DNA of 64,000 bases from NCBI RefSeq assembly GCF_009834535.1, contig NC_045717.1:20212001-20276000 (forward strand), read 5' to 3'. Shown here in pieces: positions 25,561 to 39,620 of this stretch. Made by a program: the position numbers and the translations under genes. This stretch comes from Camelus ferus (lineage: Eukaryota). The notes under the pieces are model-generated. The model searched no databases, had not been told where the DNA came from, and saw only the letters and a list, made by a program, of their open reading frames with translations. The number at the start of each line of letters is the position of its first letter. The first letter of the stretch is position 1.

Positions 25561-27987
25561 GGACGTGGGACCACACCCAGTGGGTATTTAAACTGCTTAA
25601 AATTGAAGCCTTGAAGGTTAGGCTGCGGATAGGGACCCATCTCATGCCACCACTTCAAAAGGTCTACGTGCCTCTCCCCTCTTTCCTAGAGCTCTAACAG
25701 TGATTTTCCCATATCGATAATTCTGCCAATCCATGAAGTAGTGTATCTCCTCCATTCAATCCCACAAAGTGGGACACCATTCCCAACGCTAATGGTATCC
25801 CTTGTATGTGGGGATTTTTCATTGTGTTTAAATCAGTAAGCAATCTATAAGACTACCATTACGTTTGCTAGACCTCACAGCTACGTGGTTCGTAAGACTT
25901 AGAGTCCCCATCTCCCCCTTTTTTATGATAGAGGGAGTGGGGATTGCTCGGAGCCATGCAAAGCTTCAGCCTTTATATTTTATTTTTTAATTTGGTCTCT
26001 TCTTTCCTCGTTTTTTTTTTGTTTTGTTTTGTTTTTGGTATTTGCCTGATAAGCTCCTAGTGTTCCCAAGTGACCCTATCAACTTCAGAGGGACTACAGT
26101 CTATCTAAGAGAGCAACGTGGGGGAATCCCTATTTTTTAACAATTTGATTTTCAGGAAGATGCTTTTACGAGTAGAAAGGCAGAGACACTCAAGAGTACA
26201 CTGACCGGAAGATTTACAAACTGATTTGAGTTGAGAATCGTCTCAGGTTTCTAGGGAGAGAGAACAAAATATTCCTGACCCTTTTCTTTTTTCATTAAAC
26301 ATTGCGTCACCAGTTGGGAACAAATCACGACAGAAGTAAAGCAAGAAGCAACAGAAGAGACAGGTGAAGCCTGCTGGTGTCTTTGGTGGGGACAGCTGCT
26401 GGGGACTTCCTGATCTCTTTGTCTCCCACAAGGGATGTCCTGGTAGAGGTGCTGAAAGGCACGTAATAAATAACATGATGCTGAGGAAAGGTAAGTTGTT
26501 TCTTGTTGTCCTTAAAAATCAATAGGAAGAAAATGTTTTCAGCTAGGTCAACAGTTCACATGTGTATCAAGTGAATTAGAACTTTTATTATTAGAGGGAA
26601 AAAGATGGACTCTACATAAGAATCAAACGACATGAGTGTGTCAGTTTTCTTGGGTCTCTCCCACGTATATGTGTTATTAAACTTTTTCTGTTTAAAAAAA
26701 AGAATGAAAGGACAATTTATCAGAAACATAGAAAGTGACTATATTTGTATGCAACCAGTTATACTGCCTCAAAAATAAAAAAGAGAATTTAACAATCTGA
26801 CTACCCACAGTCAGAATGGGGCATTTTAACATACCTCTCTCAGTAAAGGGCAGATCAAGAGATAAGGTTTGTTAATGATACAGATTTTAAAAATGCAGAC
26901 TTATCCATCAGATATACTGAAAATTTGTTATATTCAACAATTATAGAACAGTGTTTTCAACCATACTTGAAAGATTCTTAAAACTTGACTTTATATGAGA
27001 TGTATCATTGAAACTGACATCCATTGTAACAGAGTGTTTTAAACCAGTTAGGATTTTATTTTTCTCATGTTACATGAAGTCCAGAAATAAGCAACCCATA
27101 GTTGCATATATACAACCAAATAGTATTGTAAGTCCCTATTATGTAATCAGTAGCCTATGACTGTCATCCTGTTGGTCTGTCCTTTAAGGGGAAAAAAAAG
27201 ATAAGATACAGGGCAAATGAAAGAGAAAATGCCAGATTCTATGCTCCCATTTCCATGGAATTCTTTAGAACCCACAATAGTGACTTCTGCCTCTTTGCTG
27301 GCCAGGACTGTGGGCTTACAGGCATTCACAGCTGCAAGGAAAGCTCGGAGATGAGTCCTTAAAAACTGTCCACACTGTCAACTTAAACACAATTGTAGTT
27401 TTGTTTCTTTAAGGAAGAGAGGGAGGAATGGATATTGGGACAGTGACTTCTGTCTCACACATTAGGCCACATAACAAGTCCCTAATAATTTTCGGTTTGA
27501 ATCTATGTCACACAGAATCTTTATCATGAAGACCATGCATTCTGTGCATAATGCAATTAAATTAGAAATCTATAACTAAAAGATAACTAAAATGTGCACA
27601 GAGTCTGCACATTAAAATATGTATTTCTAAATAACCTATAGTTTGGTCCAAGACACCTTGATGAGAAATGGACAATATTTAGTACTTAACTACAATGAAA
27701 ACATCATATAGCAAAACTTTTGTGATGTAGATCAAGGGGAATTTAGAGTGCTATGTAATCTTAAATACTCATCGATTAATGAGTTGTCACATTTTAAAGA
27801 TTAAACATTCACTGATAAATACAGTCACAGAACCATAACATTTTACAAAGTTGGTCCCAGTATAACATAACTCAAGAACTGTGCGTGAAGGCTTTCTAAA
27901 TTGGTCACAATACGGTTTCTCTCCAGAGTGAGTTCTAACACGAGCAGTGAGGTGTGAAGGACCCTTTAAGGCTATCCTGTAGTCGTT

Positions 27988-29097
<1,110 letters not shown>

Positions 29098-29632
29098 CTA
29101 TAAAATAAGGAATAAGTGGTGACTAAAGGTTTGCTTACTTTCATCATATTTATGGGAATTCTTTCCCATGTGGATTCTGCCATATAGAGGCAGCACATTA
29201 TTACGACTAACATTTTTACCATGTTCAGGGTGTGTGTATACTTCTTACCCTGTTAGTTCTTTCAAGTTGAAATAGCTGAATATTCTTCCCACAGTATTCC
29301 TTCCCATCAAAGGGTATCCTAAATACAGAGTTTTTCTAATTATGAGTGAAGAATGAATGAATTACATATTAAATACTTAATAACAGAATCACATTTGAGT
29401 AAATGTTTACTTTTTGGTTTTCTCTGCAAGGTAGCAAGTTTTGAGGTAGGTCTGGAGATTCCTCCAATTTTATGAGATTCATAAAGGCTTTCCTGAGGCA
29501 GCTTTCTGGTGAATGAATTCCACCTGCCTCAAGTGTATCCCCTTGTTTGGGTGCTGCTGCTGTTTTAATTAATTGAAATTCACAGAGTTCACCTACTCTA
29601 GAAAACTAGGAATCACTTCTGGTGAATCTTAC

Positions 29633-29715
29633 CATTTTTATGCCATTGGAAATATTTTCCCCAGGAATACTCTGTGTAAAGATTGCATCTTTTGATTTAA
29701 ATTGAGTGTCCCATT
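29633..29715 (-). CDS. ZNF177: ZNF177 linker exon
   Basis: ttcag|AATGGGAC...AAAATG|gtaag, 83 nt: EWDTQFKSKDAIFTQSIPGENISNGIKM. Confidence 0.87.
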
Positions 29716-30234
29716 CTGAAAGTGAATGGAGAAAATTTTTATAATTACTGGGAGAAAAAGTAGAGATGAAAGAAAAAAGGGGGCAGGCACTCCATGCATT
29801 TGATTTCTAACACTAAATATAGGAAGAAAACATGAAAGAGAAGATGCAACCAGTGACCAGAGAAATTATTTTAGGAATTTGGCTCTAGGAGGAGATGCCA
29901 GTGATAGGGACAAGCAATGGAAATGGGCGGTATTTTACTTACAAAGGATTCTGAAGGCTTGAGACAATAAGAGAAGGTATTACCTAGAAAGCAGGTAGGG
30001 TATTCAAGGCACTGAACAAAAATTATTCAAGGCAATGTGAAATTGAAAGAGAAGTTAAAATCGTTCTTTTTCTCAGATCCAATGAAAGTATGAATGAATG
30101 GTGAGATGGTGAAAGAAGGAAAGCTCACTTAATGGCTCAGCCTTCTCTTGCCACACTGACTGGCATTCCAGACCATACCTCCCCCCACAGGCTATGGCTA
30201 TTCCAGACAACAAACCCTTTCTGCCCGGACTCAC

Positions 30235-30327
30235 CTCTACAGGCACCTTGGAGAAGTCTTCTCCCCTCTGGCCTCAGCTCTTCCTGCTCCACCTCGGTGA
30301 TCAGACTGTGTTTGCAGAGATGATACC
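30235..30327 (-). CDS. ZNF177: ZNF177 KRAB-B exon
   Basis: gcag|GGTAT...AGAG|gtgag, 93 nt: GYHLCKHSLITEVEQEELRPEGRRLLQGACR. Confidence 0.87.
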
Positions 30328-30715
30328 CTGCTCATGGGGGAAAGACACATGATGTGGGGAGACTGGGAAGGAGACAAGAAATCTTTCCACAAAATGGATT
30401 GCAATACTTTGGTCTTGAAGGATACTGAAGACAGGCAAGTGCAACTTTAGCAGGGGCAAAACAATCAGATGATAGCTCTTTCACAGGGCCCCAAAACAAA
30501 CACTCACGCTCCTTGTCCCACACAAACTGACCCTTGAAATCCAAGCCCAAGATCTGCAAACTACCTGAATTTTTTTAACAATAGAGTAAATACAATGAGT
30601 GCATTTTCATGGGAAGCCACAGACTGCCCCACAGGGTGGGAACCATCCATTCTGTGTTTACCAGGAACTGCCATTCTTTTCACAGTTCCTGGGACAGGTA
30701 TGTGATGAAGAACTA

Positions 30716-30889
<174 letters not shown>

Positions 30890-31509
30890 CTAAAACATCG
30901 CATGTACATTCTGGTTCAGCCAAGGACCACCTCTAACTCTGAACCAGACAGATGGTGGGTGGGGCTAACAGGACTTGGGAAGGAGACTCAATGTGTAGGA
31001 AGCCCAGACATGCTTCAGAGGCCTCTCTTTATCAGACCCAAGGCTCAGTTCTTGGAACTTTCCACTTTTGTTCTCACTCCCTGGACCATCTCATTCAGGC
31101 TCATGGTTTTAGCAGCTTTTCTAATACAGCTGACCTAATATTTCTACAGCTAGGTTGCCAGGAGTCTTCCAGTCTTATTCAAGATCCAGTACAGACTGAG
31201 CATGCTGCAGGATGAGAAAAATACTGGGAAAATGAATGAACGATTTTCCTGGTGAAAAATCTTTATTTTCTTTCATGGCACCAGCAGAATATGGAACTAA
31301 TACTCACCTTGGAGGAATATGTGAAAAAAAAATCACACATTGTTGAAGACTTTCCTAAGGCATTCTCTCTCTCCCATTCTAAGAAGCCCAGAGAACTGAG
31401 GAAGTCTGAGGCCGGCCTGGCTGGGCTGTGAGGCTGTAGGTCATGGGCCAGAGATATATTCTTTGGGAACAGCAATGCTTTTTTGAAAACAGAATAATTT
31501 CCCACATAC

Positions 31510-31542
31510 CTGTGACCAAGTTGTCAACAATCCTGCAGCCAT
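31510..31542 (-). CDS. ZNF177: ZNF177 first coding segment (exon 31510-31595)
   Basis: ATG GCT GCA GGA TTG TTG ACA ACT TGG TCA CAG|gtatg gives MAAGLLTTWSQ; human is MAAGWLTTWSQ as I recall it. Confidence 0.85.
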
Positions 31543-32142
31543 TCTTCCTCTTGTGTGTCCCCCTCCTGGCCAGGCAGGGTTCTGAGCAATCAGACCTAGA
31601 GAAGAAAAAGAAGCCATGCGTGTCCTAGGCCTGACAGATATTCAACATTTGAAGGCCTGGGAGCTTCCTCATACAAGCTTCAGAGTAACCACACCATACA
31701 GATGCACAAATATACACACACAGTACAGTATAGACTTTATCTCCCTAATCAAAAACAATTAGGAACTAGGAATATAGTATGTACTTATTTTTTAAACTTT
31801 CTCCTAGACTGAACCATGAAAAATGCCTAGAGTCACTGACATCTCAAGAGCAATGAGACCCCTAGTGTCATAATTCCTCTAAATGCCATTTGTCTGTATA
31901 AGAAACCAGGACTCACTTGGGAGAGAGCCGAGTCCAGTGTGGAACAAGACACATTCACGGTGAGCCTGGAGCAGCTTATACCAGAAAGCAAGGAGCCTAC
32001 CAAAGACTGATGGAGTTGTGACAAAAAGACACAGGCGATATCATAAAAAGGCTCTCACTGGCTTAAGATGGAACAATTTAATAAAAAATAATGACTGCAG
32101 TTAGTTGGAATATTTCAAATGTAAAACAAAACCATGAGTTCA

Positions 32143-32280
32143 GGGAGGGGGGTTTAGCTCCGTGGTAAAGTGCATGCATCCCCAATACCTCCATTAAAAT
32201 AAAGCAGTAAATAAACCTAATTACCTCCTTCCAAAACAAAAACATAACAAAAAACTAAGCAACCAACCAACAAACAAAAA
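32143..32280 (+). mobile_element. Internally deleted tRNA-Ala-derived SINE
   Basis: gggaggggggtttagctccgtggtaaagtgcatgcat|ccccaatacctcc, lacking the B-box segment; TSD ccatgagttca. Confidence 0.75.
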
Positions 32281-32619
32281 AACCCCATGAGTTCATAATG
32301 ATATTAAAAAAACACCCTCAGTGATCACTATCAGAGGTGGCCAGGATATCATTTTGTTATTCTGAAAATTCATGAAAAGAAAGTGGCATATATCACTCCC
32401 CTCTTGTTTATGAAAAATATTTTATTACCAAATAGTTGTGATAAAGGAAAGTTCTGCTTTATAAAAGAATCACGGAAAAAAAAGAAGAATCATAGAAACT
32501 TTATTAGAAGCATCATTTATTATGAAGAAAATGCTAGAATCAGAAATTTACTATTCTGCAACCACTAGTGAATTATCTAGGCAATGGCAACCAATGGCTA
32601 CTAAAATATTAGGTGAAAA

Positions 32620-33370
32620 GCGAATGGGGATATCCTGTTTATTTTCAACTTTTAATTTTGAAAAAATTTCAAACTCAAAAATTGTAAGAATAGTATAAAA
32701 ATGAAGAACTCCCAGTACTCTTTACCAATTGTTAGAGTTCTGTCACATTTGCTTTCTCTCTCCTCTCCCTATTGGGGTGTGTGTGTGTTTCATCAAGAAC
32801 GATACTGAGAGGAATCTACTTGATGTCATGACCCTCTTCTCCTACATACTCCACAGTGCCATGGGAACTTGCAACATTCTCTAACACAATGATCAAAACC
32901 AGGATTTAATGTTATTATTGAACATAAAGTACATATGCAGAATTTAACCAACTGGCCCAATAATGTCCTTTATAGCAGTCACTTTTTAAATTTCCCATCC
33001 AGGATCATGCCCTGAAACTGTGTTTCTTTAATCTTCTTTAATCTGGGCCAGTCTCTCAGCCTTTCTTCATCTTCACAGGTAAGAAGTGTCCAGGCCAAAT
33101 GTTTTACAGACTGACTACACCCCGGTCTTGGTCTGTCTGTTGTTTTCTCATGGTTAGACTCCCAGAGTTCATTTTTGGATGATGTATTACATAATCCATG
33201 TTTGTCCTTCTCAGTGCACCACTTCAGGAGCCATATGATGCCAGGCTGTCTCATTCCTGCCGTTAACTTTGACCACTAGGGTAAGGTGGTATGCAGCAGG
33301 TTTCTCTAGTTACCCTTTTTCCCCTTTGTAATTAATAAGATATATGGAGGGGATAATTTAAGACTAAGTA
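32620..33370 (-). mobile_element. Old L1MC-like fragment
   Basis: Similar to 10240-10570 (aaccaggattt..., ggcccaataatgtcctttatagc); reverse L1 3'UTR. Confidence 0.65.
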
Positions 33371-33794
33371 GATGTGCTGGGGAACTTTATAAAGGAGGAT
33401 TAAGCTGACCCTAGAACCAACTAATGAATCTTAACATCACAAAAGAGACATCTGGACATCATGAGTTCTGATATTGATGTAACAAGAAACAACACCAACT
33501 ATAAAATATTTTTGCCAGGAAAAAGAAACAACCTAACAAATCCTTTCATCTAATTAGCAGTTTACAGAGGAAGGGGAAAAAGAGGAAGGGACATGCTAAA
33601 TGATATTACATATAGGACATAATCACTTAAATCCAGTTTGGAGGAGAAAGAGGAAGGAACTCTTCTTCATTAAGAGACTTAAGAGGCATAATGATCCACT
33701 GCAATGTGTGGACACTAGATCTCATTTCAAATAATTTTAAAAACACATTTTGAGACACTTGTGGTTAACTGTACACAGACTGGGCATCAGATGA

Positions 33795-35080
33795 TATTGG
33801 TAAAGAGAAAAGCAACCCCTGACATACAGGAGCTGGCCTGGGACGCTCAGCTATGTCTGGGTGTTCTCCTGTTGAACACCCAAAACAGCAACAGTAGACA
33901 GGTCACTCTGTGACCTTGATACATTAAGACAAAATAGCAAGGCCACTCTATAATCACACCTGAACACAGACAAAACATAAACATTATCTAGGCTTCAAAA
34001 ATTACCAAACATCCTCTTTTTTGGCTAATATGAGTGACTGCTGCTTATTTATCAATTATAACTTTAGCTTCGGTCTAGTTTCCTCCCTTTGTAGGTAAGA
34101 TTTACTAAGATATCCAACACAGAATTACCCTCATATCGTGACAACATCCAGTCCAGAACTCTCCCCCAAAAGCACCTAATACAAGTCCAAATTCTTTTTT
34201 TTAAACAGGTTAGAAAAATACATTTTTTAAAATATTAAGGCTTTGTAGTTACATTTACAAAGTTCCTGGTTTCACCTGGCATCTTAAAAATATATTCCTT
34301 TAAGTTCCATGATTTTAGGTTATCAAATGCCAAAGGTCAACTAGACATTGACAAAGTCGAAAAACTGACCAATATTGACAAAGAAATAGCTGTTTCTGCC
34401 AAAGTAGAAAAAAAGATATCGCTGGATTAAACTATAATTTTATTTACTTGTTTGTTTGTTTGTTTGTTTATTGTGGGGATTTTTTTTGGAGAGGAGATAA
34501 TTAGGTATTTATTTTTTTATTTATTTACTTATTTATTTATTTAAATGGAGGTACTGGGGATTGAACCCAGGACCTTGTGTATGCTAAGCATGCGCTCTAC
34601 CACTGAGCTATACCCTCCCCCAACCATTTTATTTTAAATATCACCATGCCTTGGAAAATAATCACTATAGCTTGAAAAATCACGTTTACTTACAACTCCC
34701 ATTCTTGATCCTTGAAATGACATTTTATAATTCCAGTATGCTGTGTGCTTCTCTCTGAGTCAGCAGTTTTATCCTGAACATCCTTTAAAGCGACCTTCCT
34801 GAATGTTAAAATGATTTATGACTTTTTATTAAACTTACCAGCCAATATGCTAATATGTATATCGAGAGGAATGTTCCCCCTTCTTTTTTAGGAATATTTT
34901 TCTTTTAAATTTATTTTTACTGAGGTAACAACGATTAGTAAGTCTTTCCTACCACCCTTTTACTGCAACATCCTGCAGTTCACCATGGTGTGCACTCTGC
35001 CTTGCTGCAGCTAGCAGTAAGCCCAACTTGTTTAACTATGTGTGTCCCTGGTGGTCTTTGGCAAAAGACCACTGGCAGTA
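33795..35080 (+). mobile_element. ERV1 LTR (MER34/MER39-like) interrupted by an insert at about 34195-34930
   Basis: The 5' half ends ccccaaaagcacctaatacaagtccaaatt and resumes tagtaagtctttcctaccacc...aagcccaacttgtttaact...cctggtggtctttggc. Confidence 0.65.
34440..34623 (-). mobile_element. tRNA-Ala-derived SINE
   Basis: ggaggtactggggattgaacccaggaccttgtgtatgctaagcatgcgctctaccactgagctataccctcccc with a (ttta/tttg)n tail. Confidence 0.9.
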
Positions 35081-35649
35081 TTGAGAAACACTGTTAATTT
35101 GGGGGGGCTGTGATAAAGCTAAAAACTTCTGTTAAAAGTTTATTTTTATTAATGAATTGTCTCATAAGTATCTTGCTCTGTAACAGTTTCCTTCCTCTTT
35201 TGCCCCCAAACTGGGTTAGGCTGATTGTATCCTTATGATGTGTCTTAGAGATACAACTCAAATTTTGGGTGAAATGACATGCTGTCTGATGTTTGTTTTA
35301 ATATGCTACAGAAAAACCAAAACCCAGTTATAATGGTAAGCAAGGGGAAGAATTAAGAATGCAAAATAGTGGTAATCATTGAAGCTGGATAAGGGGTACA
35401 GGGAGGCTTCATCATAGCACTCTCTATTTTTGAGTATGTTTGAAAACCCATTGTTAAAAGTTTTAAAGAAAAGAAAGAAAACTTTCCATACAGAAGAGGA
35501 CAGAGAAGAAAATGTACTGGTATCAGATACAGTAGAAAAAGAAAATCTTAGGTTTCAGTCCAAATTCACATTATTTGTGTAGTCCAAGAACCCTTAAGAG
35601 AATAACTTCATTTAAAGAAGGTTCTAGGTTTCATTAAAGAGGGTTCCCC

Positions 35650-38600
35650 AGGCAATCAGTGTGAGCAAATGGACCTATCTCTGGAAAACTCAACTTCAAG
35701 CCAGGCCTCAGAGAACACCAACATATAAAGTTCTAAGTAAACTGAGTCACAGTTAAAAAAAATTATAAAACATAAAGACACAATATACCGTGAGTGAGAA
35801 GCAGCCAAGATACAGGCAGCAGTAAAAAAAAGAAAAAAGAAAAAGCATAATACTTCAGATACTAGACTTTTCAGACATGGAATATAAAAAACTATATTTA
35901 ACATGCTTAAAGAAATTAAGAGACACTTGGATTAATATGGAATAAGATACTAGAAATGGTCAAGCAGCTTAAGAAACAAACATAATTTTTAGAGATGAAA
36001 AATAGGCTCACTGAAGTTAGAAATTCAACACAAGGATTAACCATCAGACTACAACTTTGTTACACCATTTGATGAGAAACTAGCTAGAATTTCCTAGAAT
36101 TAGTAAAAGACACTAACCTTTGGGTCCAGGAAGCACAATAAATCCCAGGCTGAATGAATAAAAAGAAATCCACACCTAGATTTATTTTCTTCTTTGCTGT
36201 TTGATTTCCACCCCAATAAACTTAAAAGCAGCCCAGGAAAAAACACAGGTCACCTGAAAAGAAAAGACAAATTGATGGCTCACTTCTGAAGAGCAACAAC
36301 AGATGTCAGAAGAAAGCAGGGAGACACCCTCAGTGTGCTGAAAAAATATATCAACCTAGAATTCTAAATCCAGTTAAAATACCTTCTTTAGGTTCAAGGG
36401 TTAATTTATGAAATCAAACCTGAATCTAATAAAGCTTCTAGACTAACTACTTTTCATAGGAAATACAGAAATAAGTTAAACATGAACAAGCAGCAATCAG
36501 CCAAATTCATAATGTAGGACAAATGTTGTGGTATATTTATACAATGGAACACTACTCAGTGATAAAAAAGGGTAAAATGATGCCATTTGCAGAAATATGA
36601 ACTAGGCACTGATGGTTGCACAATATTGTGACTGTGATTAATGCCACTGAATTGTTTAAAAATGGTTATAATGGCAAATTTTATGTTACATGTATTTTAT
36701 CACAGTAAAAAAAAGTGAAAAAATAATAATCTGGGCTGTAGCTGGCCCCCTCAGAAAGGCTCCAGGTCTCTCCAAGCCCCAGTAATTCACTGTCCAGATA
36801 GATTCCTTTAAAAACAAAACAAAACAACAACAAAAAGCAAAAACAAAATAAAGAACTAGGCATTTAAATTTCTCCCACAAAGAAAACACCAAGCTCAGAG
36901 GTTTTACAGATCACTTCTGCCATTCAAAGAGGGAATTCCAATCTGACTCAAATCTTCCAGGGATTAGACACACTTATGAAGACTCCATAATTCAATGCAT
37001 TTGGTCACACATTTGCATATTACTAATTATTAGAAAAGGTAATAAGTTAGTGAATCTATAAGGCAAGAATTACATATTTGGAAGGTTTTATTTATAAATT
37101 TAGCCTTCATGCAAAACTCCAGAATTGTGCATGATCCAAATATCATGTTTGCATTTTGATTAATCTATTACAGAACCTTAAACAATTACTACAGGGGGAA
37201 GAAGGGGAGTTGATGATCATGCCACTTTTAAGATAATTTCACAAAACAGTTTGATTTATCAAAGGTATTACCTTGATTAAGACTATAAAGGGAAAGAGGA
37301 ATGTTCTTTGATACTGGTATAATATTTATATCAAACATGACAGAGCCATTATAAGAAAACAAAACGATAGGCAGATCTCATTAATAAACATAGATACAAA
37401 TAGTCTATAGAAAATGAGCCCAAACCAAATAAATCAATACATGAGAAAGATAATGTATCAGAACCAAGTTAGGTTTATCCCATGGATGCAAGAGAGGCTT
37501 ATTAGAAAATCAATTAATGTAACTTTCATTAATAAATCAGAGGAGAAAACAGTATGATCATCTCAATAATATTGTAAAAGTGTTTGATAATATCCAACAT
37601 TGCATCATGATTTTAAAATAATTTTAGCCAACTCTACAAAAAAAGACAACTCATTTTTTAAAATGGGCAAAATGTGTTTTTCTAAAGAAAATACAATGGC
37701 CATTAAGCATATGAAAAAATACTTATTACTAGCCACCAGGGAAATCAAAACCAAAACCACAAGATACGAGTTGACACTCATTTTGATAGTTATAATCAAA
37801 AAGACAACAATTGGTGAGGATGTGGAGAAATCAGAATTCAGATTTCCTGGTAGGAAAGTATAATGGGGCAGCCACTTTACAAAACAGTTTGGCAGTTCAT
37901 CAAAAGGTTAAATATAGGCTAATCACATGAATCAGCAATCCACTCCTAGGTATAAACCCAAGAGAAATGAAAACGTATGTCTACACAAAAAATTTGCACA
38001 GGGATGTTCATAGCATTCTTTACAATAGTCAAAATGTGGCAATAACCCAAATGTCCATTAAATTATGAGTGGACAGATAAAATATGATATATCCATTCAA
38101 TGGAGTATTATTTGGCCATAAGTAGGAANNNNNNNNNNNNNNNNNNNNNNNNNNNNNNNNNNNNNNNNNNNNNNNNNNNNNNNNNNNNNNNNNNNNNNNN
38201 NNNNNNNNNNNNNNNNNNNNNNNNNNNNNNNNNNNNNNNNNNNNNNNNNNNNNNNNNNNNNNNNNNNNNNNAGATTAGTGGTTGTATGGGTCTGAGGGGA
38301 TAGGGAGGAATGAGGAGTGACTGATAATGAGGTTTCTTTGCCCAGTGACGAAAATCTTCTAAAATTAGATTTTGGTGATCGTTGCACAATTCTGAGAATA
38401 TACTAAAATACACTGAATTGTACACTTTAAATTACTTACATGTGAATTATATCTCAATAGAGCTGTTATTAAAAATAGTCTTGGTAAGCAAGAAAAGAAG
38501 GAATAGAAGGAAATGTCTTTAAACCTGAAAACATATCAAACACGTAGAGCAAACATTTTACTACAGGCAAGCTGAAGGCCTTTCAGACACAGAAAAAGAC

Positions 38601-38900
38601 AAAAGTAAATTCGGGAAAGCAAACAAGGATGGAGACGTTGTAAGACTGCAAAGGAAGAATAAATCTGTCATCATTCACGGATGGTATGACCTATGTAAAC
38701 CACCAAAACATATAAGGTAGATCATTTGCAAACTAAGAGAGGTGTGCAGCTTGCTGGATACAAAATACACGCTCTGAGGGCTCAAAATAGAACAGGGGAC
38801 AGTTGGTAATACCTAGGAATATTATACATGACCCAACAATTTTAGTTCCAAATATCGAACTTAAGTCCCAAGTCCAGAAATACGAAGAAACATGTACAAG
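35650..38900 (+). mobile_element. Fragmented old L1 (ORF1, ORF2 and 3'UTR pieces), with N-run 38129-38271
   Basis: ORF1-like aaatcccacacctaga and aacctagaattcta; ORF2-like gggtttatcccatggatgcaag and KHMKKYLLLATREIKTKTT. Confidence 0.75.
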
Positions 38901-38999
38901 CCCATTCATTTGGGAACAAGTCAATCGTCCAACAGAGGACTAGGATGCATCCACATAAAAGAGTACAGGTTAAGGAAAAAAGAGGCGGGTGGGGCCGCG

Positions 39000-39620
39000 G
39001 AGATCTCTGTGAACTGGTATTTCAAGAAATGTCATTAACGGAAGAAAATGAGTTACAGGGAAGGACATTTATTATGGAAAAGTGAAGTCTGATACGGGGG
39101 AAGACTTTTAATGAGAAAAGACCTTGCGGACGCGCCTTGCTCTCATCTCCAGACTGGTCTCCTCTTAGGAACGCATGGTCCGAGCGGCCGCTCGGGAGCC
39201 GGGAGAAGCCTCGGCCCCGCGGGCGCCGATGGAGCGGGTCGAGACTTCGGGGAAAAGCGACCACATCCGGGAAACCGCACGTAAAGCCGGACATGAGGCG
39301 CCGCACTCCCGGAGCAGCTAGCGCTGTAGACCCCCTGCGCCTACCCCACGCCGGAACGGCCCTCCCTGACCCGCGGTCGGAACCTGGGCTGGAGCCCGGC
39401 CGGGTGGGATACCGACGTGTAAGAACAGCCCACGTCAAAGGTGGGGCCGCAGCTCCGGAAGGGCCTGCGCGCACTTCCGCTTCCGGCCTCGGGGCGTGAG
39501 GGTGGTTTCTGAGGCTCCGGCATCCAGCGGAACAGTCCTGGGGAAACTTCGATGCGGGGGCGGGGCTGAGAGGGCAGCCCCGGGAGAGCAGGTGAGGAAA
39601 GGACAGGCAGCCTGGACACA
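39000..39620 (-). promoter_or_regulatory. CpG-island promoter, probably of ZNF177
   Basis: CpG-dense; gcgcgcacttccgcttccgg (NRF1-like plus tandem ETS) at about 39466-39486; lies upstream of ZNF177 on the minus strand. Confidence 0.75.

Noticed and set aside
31917-32006. Possible 90-nt ZNF177 5'UTR exon (catcag|...|gtgagt)
   Set aside because: The splice sites are plausible, but nothing else in the sequence supports it without RNA data.
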